Source: Raillietiella orientalis (lineage: Eukaryota). From it: a DNA stretch of 64,000 nucleotides. The stretch spans positions 310,001-374,000 of the forward strand of contig JAYWIR010000037.1 of assembly GCA_036172245.1 (NCBI GenBank), read 5' to 3'. The stretch's first letter is position 1, and each line of letters begins with the position of its first letter. Positions 14,100 through 27,119 of the stretch are shown in pieces. The notes below the pieces were generated by a model. That model saw nothing but the letters and a program-made list of their open reading frames with translations, was not told the origin of the DNA and did not search any database. A program made the translations under genes and the position numbers.

Positions 14100-14420
14100 A
14101 GTTTCCTCTGTGGAGAAGGACCTTTCGAAACCTTCAGCGTTGCGGAATACTGCTGGTTGGTGTGGAAACGCACCTGAAGATCACAAAGGCGAAAACGGAT
14201 GCAAGCACGAGCAAATTAGGCTTCGGAATCAGGAAGAATACTGCGTCCCAGTTCTGCCAAGTAGTCCGGGAGGAGGAAACGGTTTCTCGAAGCGCACGTG
14301 ACAGTTTCATCCAAGGATATGTAAAAATCTCCCAAAGGGCATACAAGGTTTCCCTTTGATGTTTCTCGGAAGATGCTTCTTCTACCTTTTACTCCGGGGA
14401 CCTTCTGCGACCCCGATGAA
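14100..14420 (+). mobile_element. Possible APE-endonuclease fragment of a non-LTR element
   Basis: GILLVGVETHLK...KLGFGIRK...STFYS resembles APE endonuclease motifs (xETxL, GVGFxI, FY); short and degenerate. Confidence 0.25.
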
Positions 14421-15560
14421 TTGCGTTTCTGTGGAGTGACGTATTCATTTTTGCGCCTAATTTTTGCAGACTCGGATGTTGCGGCGACAAATCAGTGGAC
14501 CCGAAAAGTAGCGTCGGGTTCGAAACCACTGGCAGGGATACTCCTTGCTACCACTCTTCGTGTCACCGAATCTCCCGTGCTCCCGGAAGCATCGTGAAAT
14601 TCGGCTCATTCAATGAGAAACAGGGATTCGTTGATTTGCTATCACTAATCATGTTCCCGGAATAGTATTTTCTTTTTCACTTTTTTTTTTTTTTTTTTTT
14701 CCCCTCCCGATAGAGCGTAACGTCAGACCCGTTTCGAAATACTGAAAGCGGTAAAGATTTCAGGACCATCTGAATGCTGTTAAATCTCATTCTGCTGATC
14801 AAGAGAGTTGACTTCTGTAATTTTGTTAGATGACGAGGGTTTTGGGGGGGGGGGGGGGAGAAGGGAATCCGAAAGGAATATTTAGATCGTCTTTGTGTGG
14901 TCGTCTTGGTGGGTAACGCAATTTTATGACTTGATTTTTCTGTAATACCACGAACTTGCTCGAGCCCTGCTGTGGTATCTGTCCGTTTCGATTCATCACC
15001 GTTCCCGCGTTCCCTCGTATTTTAAAGGCATCACGAGGTCACACAAATTGAATTCAACTGATTGCTGATCCAATTTCCTCCTCAAACGCCCGTTTCCATG
15101 CCTTCGGATTCATTTCCCTGTGTTTTAGAGGGTTCTGTGCTTCCACAAACTCTCGTTGCTGTTGCGTGGTGAAATTTAACGTACGTTCCAAGACGGTGCT
15201 CGATCTTCCGCCAACGGAAAACTCCGCGGAGACGGCTGCTGTTCGTCTTGCGACAACAACCTCCGCTTTTCTGAAGTAATTAAAAGAAAAGAAGAAGAAG
15301 AAGAAGAAAAAAAATTGCCAATTCCTTGTCTTTTCGGTTATGAAGAGCCCCGCGAACGATCCTCACTGTATTTACCTTGGCTCTTGGCAAGCAGGGAGAG
15401 CACAACTTTACGTCCACGGAACGATCGACTCCCGCCAAGTTGTTCCTTGGGATCAGCTTTTTCCGGCTCGCACGGTTTTCCCTTCGGGAGGGCGCGCGCA
15501 TGCCTTGTGATGTCGTTTCGCGAAGAGTTTTTCCTGCTGCCTTCTTCTCTTGGGCTGGCG

Positions 15561-15587
15561 CAGCAGCAGCAGCAGCAGCAGCAGCAG
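15561..15587 (+). repeat. (CAG)9 microsatellite followed by C11
   Basis: Read directly. Confidence 0.95.
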
Positions 15588-18500
15588 CACCCCCCCCCCC
15601 ATCCCCGGCTCTTCTGCTGGTGTTCTGGACCTGTGCATTCCCAGCCGGAAGACTCAAGGGTCGCGGGATTCTTCCTCCCCCGCCCTACGAACTTTTTCCC
15701 TGGATGGAGGAACAAACAGCTCATTGATTCGCACAACGCTGCGTCATGGAGAATAGTTTGCAATCCTTTGTAGTTGTCATCCTTATTATTATTTTTTTCC
15801 GCTGTCGGCCTTGGCAACCGCGCAGTATCGAAGACAGAATTATCTGCAGGGAAAAGATGGCAGCTTCCTCTTGCGTACGCAGCCCGGGGTTTCCCACGTT
15901 TTCGAAATTCCTCTCGAGATCAGCATCGCGGGAAGATCGACTCGATCTGTGCACAGCAGCCAGCTGATGCATCTTGTTTCCGAACGGTTCAGCACTGCGG
16001 CACCTACGTGGATTCCACTCGCTGCTGCTTTCTGGTTGTTTCGGTGCGTGTGTGCGTGTTTGCATTCCTTCAATTATGGTGGCCGCCCAACTAATGGTGG
16101 ATCCCCATTCGACACTTTCGTGTCCTTTAGTCCTTGTCGAACGCAGGGTAGTCGGTCCAGAATCACCTTGCTTTCTGTGGATTTGCCATATTTCTGCCCC
16201 AAACAAGGGTATTTCCTCACTCGATGCGTGTAGCTCCCGGCAAAAGTTCTAGACTCTCCGGATACCCCCCTTCCCTCCCCCCCCCATCCCACTCCCCTGC
16301 TCTCCTCGCGCAAGTTGGCATGAGTTTGGTACCCTTGCTTTGCGCTCAACTGGATTTTCCTAACGCGCATCTTCCAGAGAGGCTAAACTCTCGTCACTTG
16401 AGGAGAAAAAAAAAAAAAAAAATGGCCGTCAGTGTTTGACCCGTTTGGGTTCCGTAGGTTACTGATCCTCGTAGTCGTCCCCGATTGTTTGTTGCGTAAT
16501 CCTTCCTGTCAACGGGAGCGCTGCTCGAGGAACGCGTTACGTCACGCAGCGTGCTTGGCGATCGGGATGCTGCTGCTGTGGATCTTCGTGTACGTCTTTC
16601 TGCTTGACGAGCTCCAAGGCTTCACTGTGGTCACAATTAGGAATCGTTTCGTGGCGTGGTATTTTTGTAAACATTCAGCCGGTCCAAATAGCCGGTCGAG
16701 GCGATGGCGACCTCTGCTTGGAGGTTTCCCTTGGATTGATACCCTCCGCTAAAGGTCGTTGATAAATTGATGCTTTCGTGTTGAGGTGCCTTCTTTTTTG
16801 TTTCCCATATCCAAGAAACACGCACGGAGCTTCAAGAAGAGAAGGAAGAAAAAAAGAAAAAAACCTTTTCGAGGAACAATAAAATTCAAGAGAGATTAGC
16901 AAGTGAGGCTGAGAGTCGTTTGTCTGAAAGATGGGAGAAGCGATCTTCGTTTCGGAGAAGAAACGGTGGAGAAGTCTCCGGGGGTATCCTGAAATTATGT
17001 GAAAGCGCAGGGTGGTTGCGATGTTAAATCACGAGAAACGTAAAAAACTGCGTGGGACAGATCGTGTGGTTCCTGTGGATGAGGAAATTCAGTCCCAGAG
17101 GACCAGCGAGAAGAGGGGGGGGGGGATAGAACGCGCGAATCTCCAAACTCCCAGGATTCGCACGATGAAGCATTAATCGAGAATGCATCTTCCGTTTGGA
17201 GGCAGCCACCGGAACCCAAGCCAGTCGGCAGTGGAACAGTGAAATCATCAAAGACGTAGGTCATCCCCGCCGTCTACTTCGCGAAAAGTAATGATACGTT
17301 TCGGCGCCGTTGGCGAGAGAGCCACGGAGAGACCAGCGAACGCGCAAACTGAACCGGGCGCACACACCATTTGAAAATGCAGCGTATTCAGCGAAAGAAT
17401 CGCCACATTCGTGATGCATTTGCCAGCGGGGCTGCCGAATTCTGCACAATCCTCGGGACTGGCTGTCGTTATGTAAACAGCAGAAGCCGTGTCGCGGGGC
17501 CACGAGGTCCCCTCGTATTTAGTGCTCCTCAGCGGACCCTCTCGGTTCTCCCGACGTTGGGATTCGAGCCTTGGGGTGGAAATCCGGGTGAGCCATGCGT
17601 CCCTCGGGAGCTTGATCTGCTGCAAACCCCGAAAGGGAGGTCAGTGACTTGAAGAGGACCCGAAGCCTCACGGAAGCTGTCGACGTGAGTTCCGTGCTGG
17701 TAATTCTTCCACCAAAGTGTCGGGAAAGCAGCTTCGGGAACCCTGACGCCTTGCTTCCCACCGTGGAACGCCACTCCCACGCGATTTTTCAAACCCTGGC
17801 GCCTCTCTCCGTGGTTGCGGTGCAGGCGTGGAAGAGGAGGCTGAAAGACGAAACGCAATCAGAGCAGTTCGCACAGTCTTTGCTTCCGCTTCCAAATTAT
17901 GAGAGACGAGAGAAAGGAGTCTAGGAGGGGCCTCGAAGACCGAAACCACATGGCGGAAGGCGAGGACGCAGATTTGGGGACTGAAGACCGGAGAGGAGTT
18001 CCTTCAGGTGATTCGAAGAACATCGATGCAATAGCCGAGAAGAGGTCTTGAAGGCTGGAGCGGCGTCTTCTGCGTGAATTCCTGCCAGAGTTCTCCGCTT
18101 CCGGGAGGGGAAGTCGTCCGTGATGCGACGAGCCGCACGCGAATGGATGATCAGCGCTCTCGACGCGCGCCGGCGGGTCTTTACATGCGTGGCGATCGGT
18201 GGGTCTTCTTTCGGGAGGAAAGCGATCTGCAGCCTTCAACAAGACGGTAAAAGGGTTTTCTTCCCTTTCGCACCACTGGTAAGAGCAACGTGCTCTTCGC
18301 GAAGGGTGAGAAGGGCTCGGCGAGACCGCAGTGATGCTGAGACTGACTGCTTTTCGTATTTCGGCACCCCTAGGCAAGCGAAACGCCTCAGATGGAAGTT
18401 GAAGCCTGTGCGAAAACTGGGAGTTCCTTCTGCCTCTAAAGGGGGCCGAAAGCATACTTGGGGAGCGCGAACTCGCCCTCGAGCTTTTCATTAGTGGACT

Positions 18501-20134
18501 CCCTGTCGGGCTGTGCCGGGGCTTGTTGGAGCGAGCGGAAACGAGGGGCGGTGCGCATCCATCTTGCTGCTTTCGCGAACGCAAGAGAAAGGCGAAAACG
18601 CACGAAATGGGCGCGGGGAACGAGCACCTGTATCCTCCCTCCTAACACGATCGCGGTGAGTGCTTGGATTTTGCAGGGAGGACGGGATGGGAAGCGAAAA
18701 TGGTCGTGGCGTTCCTCCCGTTTTCACTTTCTGTGGTGAGACAGACTCACGTCGACTTCCTTGCTTTCGCCTCGTTTCTCTGTCTCTCTTGAAGGATAGC
18801 GAAACTGGGGAACAAGCATTTAGCGATTCCTTCATTCAGGAGTAGCATACGCTCTCGTCTGCTAGCCGAAGCTTCATCGAGCAACCCGCGCTCTCGATCC
18901 GTCGCACAGTGCGAACAAAGCGGTGGTGTGAACTTTCCGTTTTGCTGGCGTGACCCAGTGATGACCTTGCGACGCAGCTCAAGGAACAGAAAACGACGCG
19001 GCGGAAGGGAAAGTCTTCGCCGGTCATGCGCCCTGCCCAGTCCAGCACTCGCTTCCTCACTGCTGTGCGTTCCGTTCTGGAGAATGTTGCCATGGATATA
19101 TATACACTTGTGATTCCATTCGGCTCATCACGGTTGCCTCTGCCGTGGTTGTTACTATGTTCTTACCGCATCTGCTAAAGCCAACCGCTTTCCGATCCAA
19201 TTTCGCTTCCCCCCTCCTCTTTTTTTCGAGTTTCAAGTTGATCCTTCTCACTGGGATTATTCCTTTCTTTCCTGGAATTTAAATCGTTGTTGTGTGTGGG
19301 TTTTTGTTTGGTTTTTTAAACCATCCCCGTTTGTTTGCCTTTTCCGATCGCGCGGTATGCACCCAGAAAGAATGAACTTGACGCATCCAAACCGCGGACA
19401 CCACCTCTCCTGTCACAGCCGAAGAGTTTTCCACCGATGTTTGCGACGTGGTGGCTGCTGCGAAAAATAAGCCGGGACCTTCCGAACAGCGTGTTTTTGT
19501 TGATCCAGGAAATCCTGGAAAAGCGCGTCGCCGGAAGACTCTGAACCCAAGGAAGCAGTCGTGGCACTGAATGAAAGGGCTTAAGAATGGGAAATCGGTC
19601 AAGACTTACGGTACGAAAAGCGCGCAGGGGCGAAAAAATCTCGTGCCCAGAAGAAGTGCGACAAAACTTGGCCACGAGGGAACCGGCTGACCGAATGTGG
19701 CGGGTCTCGTGGATGGCTCAAATAGCTGCTGAGAATCCCTCTGAGTTTGAGGAACGTTAGTTGATCCCACAGACTCCTCGTATGAGATTCGCAAAGTTTG
19801 TCTGGCGCAGGGCACACGCACCGCGTTTTCTTCTTATTTCGAGAGCAGCAAAGGATCTCACGAGCCAAGAACCCTGCTGCCTCGTGCGGACTACGAGTGA
19901 CAGAGTCGTGCACCGATTCAACCACATTTTACCACTTCATTGCGTATTTGCGTATCTCACGCTCGGATGTGTACGCTTCCCGCGTGTACAGGCTGCTCCG
20001 GTCGTGCAGGCGGCGACGCAAGAGCTGCTTCGATCTTCGGTTCACCACTTTCCTGACAGCCCGCTGCGCGAAACGTTCTGCACGTCTGAGATTTGCTGAA
20101 ACCACACGTATTCCACTCTTGTTCTGGCGTCATG

Positions 20135-20157
20135 TGTTGTTCTCATGTTCTCCGTAG
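20135..20157 (+). promoter_or_regulatory. Likely 3' splice acceptor of a Tob 5'UTR intron
   Basis: Pyrimidine-rich TTGTTCTCATGTTCTCCGTAG ending 42 nt before the ATG. Confidence 0.55.
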
Positions 20158-20199
20158 GTGGGTCGCTGAGGAGAATAGGCACTGCATCCGTGACTGGAC

Positions 20200-21219
20200 A
20201 TGCATCTCGAAGTCCAAGTTGCTCTCAACTTCGTCATCTCTTACCTTTACAACAAGCTTCCTCGGAGGAGGGTGAACTTATTCGGTGAAGAGCTGCAAAG
20301 AGCCCTCCAGAGCAAGTTCGAAGGTCATTGGTACCCCGACAAGCCCTACAAAGGATCCGCTTACCGCTCTTTAAAAACGGGAGATGTTCTGGACCCCGTT
20401 CTCGAGAAAGCGGCGAGGGAAAGCGGGGTGAACATGCAAGACCTGAAAGAGAACCTTCCGGAAGACCTGTCCATGTGGATCGACCCCGGAGAGGTGAGCT
20501 ATAGGATCGGGGAAAAAGGCCCGATTCGAATCCTCTTTTCGGAGAACAACAATCGGTTCCCAGTTTGCGAAGACGCACCCGAAAAAGAGGGGGGGAAGGC
20601 TCAAGCTCCTCCGGACTCGAAATCGTGCAAATTCAAGGATGATTTCGACAAGCAGCTGGCGAATCTATCCATCTCTTCCGCCGGCAGCCAGAAGAGCATG
20701 CTGAAGAAGAGCAGATCTCCGAGTCCGATCGCTTTCTTCCCTAGCAAATCCGCAGGATTGACCTTCACCACGGCCGCCTTCGCGCAGACCAAGTTCGGGA
20801 GCACGAAGCTGAAGACCAGCTCGAAGAAGACAAACAGGATGTCCCCCACAGAGTTCACCCAGTACATCAAGCAAAGAGCCGCCCTCCAGCACCTTCACAA
20901 GAGCTACGGAGGCGGTGGCGGCGTTACGCCAAGGTCCCGAACCATGTCTCCATGCCAATTGGATCTTTACGCGCCGTCGTACCAGCAGCAGCAGGCGCAT
21001 CCTTCTGTGTACGTGCAGGATGTCCTTTTTGCTTGCTCTCCATCCGGACAGACTCATCCTCCTCCTCCTCCACCTCCTCCTCCTCCTGCGAACACTTCGA
21101 ACGTGGAACCGCCGATCCCCTGCGCCAGCAAGCTGAACGAAAACTTGCTCTTCAGCAACATGGCGAACATAGGCGGCGCCTCTTCGAATGGCTGCCACCA
21201 CCTACTTGTGGCCAACTAG
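20200..21219 (+). CDS. Tob: Tob/BTG antiproliferative family protein (Tob type), 339 aa
   Basis: MHLEVQVALNFVISYLYNKLPRRRVNLFGEEL...HWYPDKPYKGSAYR...WIDPGEVSYRIGEKG (BTG boxes A/B); Tob motif TFTTAAFAQTKFGSTKLK; RMSPTEF; C-terminal HLLVAN. Confidence 0.98.
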   Translation: MHLEVQVALNFVISYLYNKLPRRRVNLFGEELQRALQSKFEGHWYPDKPYKGSAYRSLKTGDVLDPVLEKAARESGVNMQDLKENLPEDLSMWIDPGEVSYRIGEKGPIRILFSENNNRFPVCEDAPEKEGGKAQAPPDSKSCKFKDDFDKQLANLSISSAGSQKSMLKKSRSPSPIAFFPSKSAGLTFTTAAFAQTKFGSTKLKTSSKKTNRMSPTEFTQYIKQRAALQHLHKSYGGGGGVTPRSRTMSPCQLDLYAPSYQQQQAHPSVYVQDVLFACSPSGQTHPPPPPPPPPPANTSNVEPPIPCASKLNENLLFSNMANIGGASSNGCHHLLVAN

Positions 21220-22258
21220 GAAGATAAATTACCTCCTATCCCCTTCGCTTTCTTTTCTTTTTCTTCTTCTTCCGCGTTTTTCCGTCTGAATGGTAGGCGG
21301 CAGCCTCTGACCTGACCACTTTGTGATAACCTAGGTGTGATCGTTTCCGGAGAGTTCCGTTCGTTGCGTAAGGACTAAGACGTTCCGCAGGCGTTCCAAA
21401 CGGTGTTTTGCCCTTCGCGGTCGTACCGAGAGAGTAAGAATGAAGGGAGGAAGAGGTCAGTGGTCGAAAGGGATCGACCGCCTGTGGCGTACGCGGTCGA
21501 AATGATCTGGAGCTTCCTGAGATGGAAAAAACCATCCATCCACCTCCGTGCCTGAGTGCACCAGCGGTGCTGAGGAGATCGCCCCACAGGGCAGGTGAAG
21601 CTGTCGCCAAGAGTCTGCTGTCTGGTGTCATGGGATGAGACATTCCCAGTCTTCTTCCCATGTGCCTAGAAAAGGGAAAACAAACTCAACTCCTATCCCC
21701 TCTCAAAAAACAATCAAACCAACAAAAGAGGAAGTTTGGACAGTTCGAAGATTCTTGTTTCCTTTGGAACATTCGCAGATTGGCGTGGTGCTGTCTTCTA
21801 ACTTCCTTCCCGCCGTCCCTCTCACCCTTCTGCAGGATTTTGACGGGGGGAGGTTCAACCCTCCTCGGAGACCGGCTTCTTCGCCAGGTGGACGAGACGA
21901 AACAAAGGCGGAAAAAGCAACCATAGGGTCACTGAAGCTGCAACATCGCACCGTCCCACCAGGCCCTTTCCCTTCCCCCTCCCCCTTCGTTTGCACTCCA
22001 CTCTATCCCCGACGGAAAGAGCATCCAGGACCCCTCTGCATCTAAGCTCCCTCTCGCTCCCTCCCCCGCCCCATTGTGGCACGATCGTTCTGAAGGACAA
22101 ACAGGATTCCCTCATCGAATTTTTCTTTGAATTCGTGTTCATTGTGATATTAGATTTTTATTTTTCTGTTCCCTATTCCATAGAGTACTTCTTATACACA
22201 ATTTGTACTTCGTCGTGTACAGACCCATTGATACTGAAATATTTGAATCCGAGTAGAC

Positions 22259-22264
22259 ATTAAA
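22259..22264 (+). terminator. Candidate Tob polyadenylation signal (ATTAAA)
   Basis: Variant hexamer at the end of a T/AT-rich 3'UTR-like segment about 1 kb after the stop, followed by GTTTT. Confidence 0.4.
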
Positions 22265-22269
22265 GTTTT

Positions 22270-23920
22270 CAAGTTTGTTACAAACCACCAGGTTGTCAGC
22301 TTTACTGGACCAAACCTAAGAGTTCCCTCTGTGGTCCCCTCAACTCTTGCCCTTGAGCCAGGAATAGAAGATCGACCCATGCGCTGCTGTGCTGCACCAC
22401 CTCCTTCCAGGGAAAGGAAACACCTACCTCCCACCGCTGTGATGAACTTCATGTTGGCCGCACCTTCCACTCGCTGAGAACTCGAACTTTTCAAGCTCCG
22501 TAGGGATGCCCTCTGGGATAGATGCACGTGTTTGCGCGACCATCCGTCCTACAATCAGATGCACGCGTCGTTACCTGATAGGGAGGGTCACATGCAACCC
22601 GCTCGAGCACCATCAGCGCTCCCCCCCTCGATCACTGGAAGGTTTCAATTGATGTACTCGTTTTTGCCTTTTTTTCTGTCCGTATCGAACGACTTTGTCA
22701 CCAGTGAGGAAGTTTTCAGTTTTAGAGTGTTGTCTCGCTACTGTGGCTGCGACAAGAGAATGCATTCTGGCATCTCCCGTTTAGCCAAAGGTGGATAAAC
22801 GCCATCACCACAGCATTCGTGAACTGGGGTGCAGACACTCGGACCTCCCCACATGACTTTCACTTGGCAGGTTAACCTCCAGCGCCAAACGGCCTCTGAG
22901 CGTTTTCTTAAGAAAAGATGCCGTTCCATGATGACCTTTCCGCTTGAATGAATGACCTTGGTTTATGGCCCAAGAAGGTGGCCGGAGATTGGAACAGCAG
23001 GGGTACTTAAAGAGTTCCGCAAGCCTTCCGGGTTTCTGATGAGCAGAGTGATGGCCCTCTCCTCGGCAACGTAGTGCAAGTGTTACTTCCCATTTCCAGA
23101 TATTCCATGCATGTGATGCTTCTGATTTCTTTCCCGGAAGCATTCCAAAAAAAGCTCCGCAAGAAAGTTTCCAAATTTGTTACGCATGAAGCGAAATAGG
23201 CCTGCAAATCTTTCGCAGGAGAAGGGCAGATGGAGGGAAATGGAATTCTCCTCTGGATATTTTCTCGAATCGTGAGCATGGTTCTCATAGCCTATGGGCA
23301 GATGGCTGGCTGTCTCGATCCCATCATGGACCCATGCAACATTCCTCTTTGCGTCAAAACCTCCAGTGCGCAGACATGTGCGATATGTTGGTTCCAATTG
23401 GTCTCCGGCCAGGAATGCTTGCGAGCTAACTTTTCCAGCTTAGGGAAATACACCGAAGAATTCGGGCCAACGACAGACACGAAAGGAACGGCCGTTCGAA
23501 ACCTGTTGGCTTCCTTGAAGCAAAGACTCCATGGATGTTTTGGAAACACATGGGAAAAAGGGGAAGAGAAAAGCAAATACATGAGCATCACATCGACACT
23601 GGCATACTTTTGTATCGATACTTACTATAATAGGAACCGTTGCACTTAGCGAGGCACACCACCATTTGTTTCCGTCAAATATTATGTACAAGGAATGCTG
23701 TAGTGCCATCAGCATACAGCTGTGAAGGTACGGGGCTCATATTATGTCGCCCATGTGCTTGCTCAGGAAGTTCTTCCTGTATGCACATGTCCTCATTTGG
23801 GGGAGTGTAGACGGCTTTTTAGCAGGCGCCAATGATGTCTCCGATAGTGTCATTAGTCTCATCAGGAGGACCATCGGAAAGAACCCAGAAGAGTAGAAAT
23901 GCGGTATCTCCTTTACCATT
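22270..23920 (-). mobile_element. Heavily decayed non-LTR RT/C-terminal remnant
   Basis: Remnant motifs SMESLL, LETFLRSFFWNA and PWKEVVQ...DLLFL occur in the order expected for an L1/Tx1 ORF2; no intact frame. Confidence 0.35.
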
Positions 23921-26900
23921 TCACACTTTAGATGCCAAAACCCATCATATTAATTCAACAGATTCAGAAAAACATTAAAACAAAAAACATTAAAAAGGCA
24001 TTAAAGCTCCTCACTAAAGTATTTTGTAACTTTGGAGACTCCGTAATTAAATTTATTCTATTTTACTTAATTAATAAAAAAAATGAAAGAGTATGAAACA
24101 AAAATCACCTAAAAGATCTAGTTGAAAAACTGGACTACTATGATTACGCGGCTTACATAAATTTTCTTACACTTAAAAGTATTGATAAAGTACCCATCAT
24201 GCCAAGTAGCTAAGATCAAATTCCATGATAAGTTGCACACTGAATTCTGATGAAATCAGTGCCATTCATGAGTGCAAACAATGAGAAGTAACTTTGGGCA
24301 TACTGATGAACTAGATAAATCAAAAGTTGCACAAAACTAATGCTGCTAATCATATGAGAGCATAATGTTTTCACACAAAAAAGAGCACAATCCCTGATAC
24401 AAAAGCAGGAAAAATACTCAAAATGGCACAAAATCTCACCATATCTCAAAATACACATTACTTGATAGAAAATACACAATGCAATAAAATGAAAGAATAA
24501 TTTTGATCATTTTGATATACATGCACTACTGCAAATAAATTTAAACAAGTTTGCATCATCCATGCATTAAAGGTTTTTATTTGGAAATTAACCTTAATTA
24601 CTTCTACAAATGACAATTTATAGCAGCAGTTACCTATTTATCACATTCATTTTTTTTTAAAAAAAAAAATCACATTCGTTTTCTTGCCCTGCAAAACAAT
24701 TTGGGCTTGAGACATTAATTATTCCAGCACATATGGTGCAAGAAGCACAAGAGTTCTGGATGCAAGTATTACTCCTGAGCCTCTGCCTCTGTTAGCATTT
24801 GATCCACTTGGATCACCAAACCTCATTCTGCTGGTTTCTCCTCTTTGTCTCGTACTCTTTGGTCATATTCGCTGATGATGACTTGATGACACTAAACAGC
24901 AACATGAACTCAAGCTTGAGAGATACTGAAAATTTTTACATGGGCAAAAATTCTGCAAGTATGAAATGGGCATGTGGACAAAAGATTAGTAGAACTGATT
25001 CAAACTACAAACAATACACAGAAACACATTACTGCATTGATGAATACCCATTGCATGCATTGTGCTTTAAAATGAAATCAATGCTTCAGGTCTGACTGAA
25101 GAATGCTTGTTTACTTAGGTGAGTACAATTCAACAGGGAAAAAATAAAATACCAACAAGCTGTCAATAATTATGATGCACAATTAGTGGACCTAAAACTC
25201 AATAGCAAAGAGACATCCAATAACTGATATGAGAAACAGCTCTGAAGCAAAGGAAAATTCTCGAACACAATTGCATTTGGGATAATCATGCCTGCAATTC
25301 AACAAACTCATCAATCCTTTATAAAATGTGATTTGAAAACAGTTTCACGAAACCTAAAAGTTATGTCAAGTCCACTTCCAATCTGATAGTTCATCAAACT
25401 GAGAAACTAAACTAAAAACTGTACCCCTCTCATGCTTTTCAAGGAAATCCTCTTGAAATTGCAGACATGGTTTGACCAATGTCACGTAGATACATCAAAC
25501 CACAGATGTAGCATGAAAACAGTACTGTATACTAGGCAATAACATAATGTAAAAATTCATTATTGATCTCTGGAAGAAAAAATATCAGCTTTTTACAACC
25601 CAAAATTTTTGTGTACACAACAAACATCTCCCTATGAATGACTAGTTCTGAGTGGAAGGTCAAGAAGTATTTACAGAACCCTAATTTTTGCCATATTCAC
25701 AGACTTACGACATAGAAATTCTTGCTGGAATTAGATACCGTAACGATGCATGTCCCTTAAAAGATCGATATACACACAAGGTACTGAATAACATTGACCA
25801 CAGTTCAATATGTGATCGCACTTCTTGTTTTGGTTAACTATTTCAGTCTCAATTTTAATTGCATAATATTGATAAGAATTAAAAGTATAGTTTCGAAACC
25901 CATGGATAATATTGTTAAATCATTGTGAAATGTGACAAAAACTTTACACAAGGTACCAAAAGGTTTAACCTGGAGATCTGAACAACTATTTAAATTCAAT
26001 CAAGCAAGAGAAAACATGATGAATTCAGTCATTCAATACATTTTCTCTGATGAGTCTATCCATTAAGCATGAAACATTTGTCAAATTGTTGAACAGATCC
26101 AAGGTAAAAGTCATGCAAAAACAATGGTGACTGCTCAATCTGCCTGTTCAAAACTCTTTCATGTGACAAAAATGCCTTGTTCACAACCAAATGAATAAAA
26201 GGAAAAGAAATGAAAAAATCGTGATACATAATTTTCCAAATCATTAGATCTTTGATCAATTCTACTGATAAAACATGAAATCAAATAAATCATTCATGAA
26301 TTCAAAAACCAAGGACAGATATATATTGGGTTCACCCTGTATGCAAATGGGGTTCTCACTTGCCTTCACGCATTTCAAAATGAAAGTTGCAAGAGCAAAT
26401 CAAAAGTGATCTCAAAAATGCATTCCCTCTCAAAAATAAGAAATTTGCCCACAATAGAAAAGTTCCTGATTGAAGACAGATTGCAATTTAGATAGAATCA
26501 GAAACACAATTTATTTATTAGAAGCTGGTATTGCTTTACAAAGTGTAACCAACATTGAAAAAGTATTGAAAATGATTTATTGCTTCAATTTGGAGCAAGT
26601 GAACAAAAGATCAGAAATATTGCCTTACTTCCAAATAAAACCAGTCCATCTAATATCATACGGTTTCATAGAAAGGAGATTAGGTACAGTCGTTAAATGA
26701 CATGTTAACATGGATATGATATTAGGTTTGAAATGATATTAAGTGCAGTGGAATACAATCTGTGAAAAACAAGAAATAGACTGCCTGAAAACTCCAAAAA
26801 CTCTTGGCCATGCGTCTTTGGCGCAACCGAAATTCCTTCCTTCGTCCATTTGGATAAGAAACAGTTAGCGCAGTATTGATGGAAAAGCATTCATTTATTA

Positions 26901-27119
26901 GGTACATCATTAAATTACGATTGAAAATTCTTACTTTTCACCAGCTTTGTTCACTCAAATATCCCTGGTGGTATTGTTTCCACATAGCAACGTCTGATAT
27001 CCTGATTTCAAAATCGAAATCGTAGATATTGGAGGGCATGATTGTCCTCACACCAGGTTGATCATGGCGTTTACTGTAAAAAAGATATATTAACAATTAG
27101 TCAGTCATTGTATATTTAA

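Noticed and set aside
14493..14532. B-box-like GGTTCGAAACC within a stem-loop
   Set aside because: No cloverleaf or A-box; not a tRNA.
15280..15817. ORFs with polyQ/polyA/polyC tracts
   Set aside because: They arise from translating the (CAG)9 microsatellite in GC-rich non-coding DNA.
26047..26075. CTGATGAG...GAAAC hammerhead-like core
   Set aside because: Stem II does not pair convincingly and no stems I/III were found.
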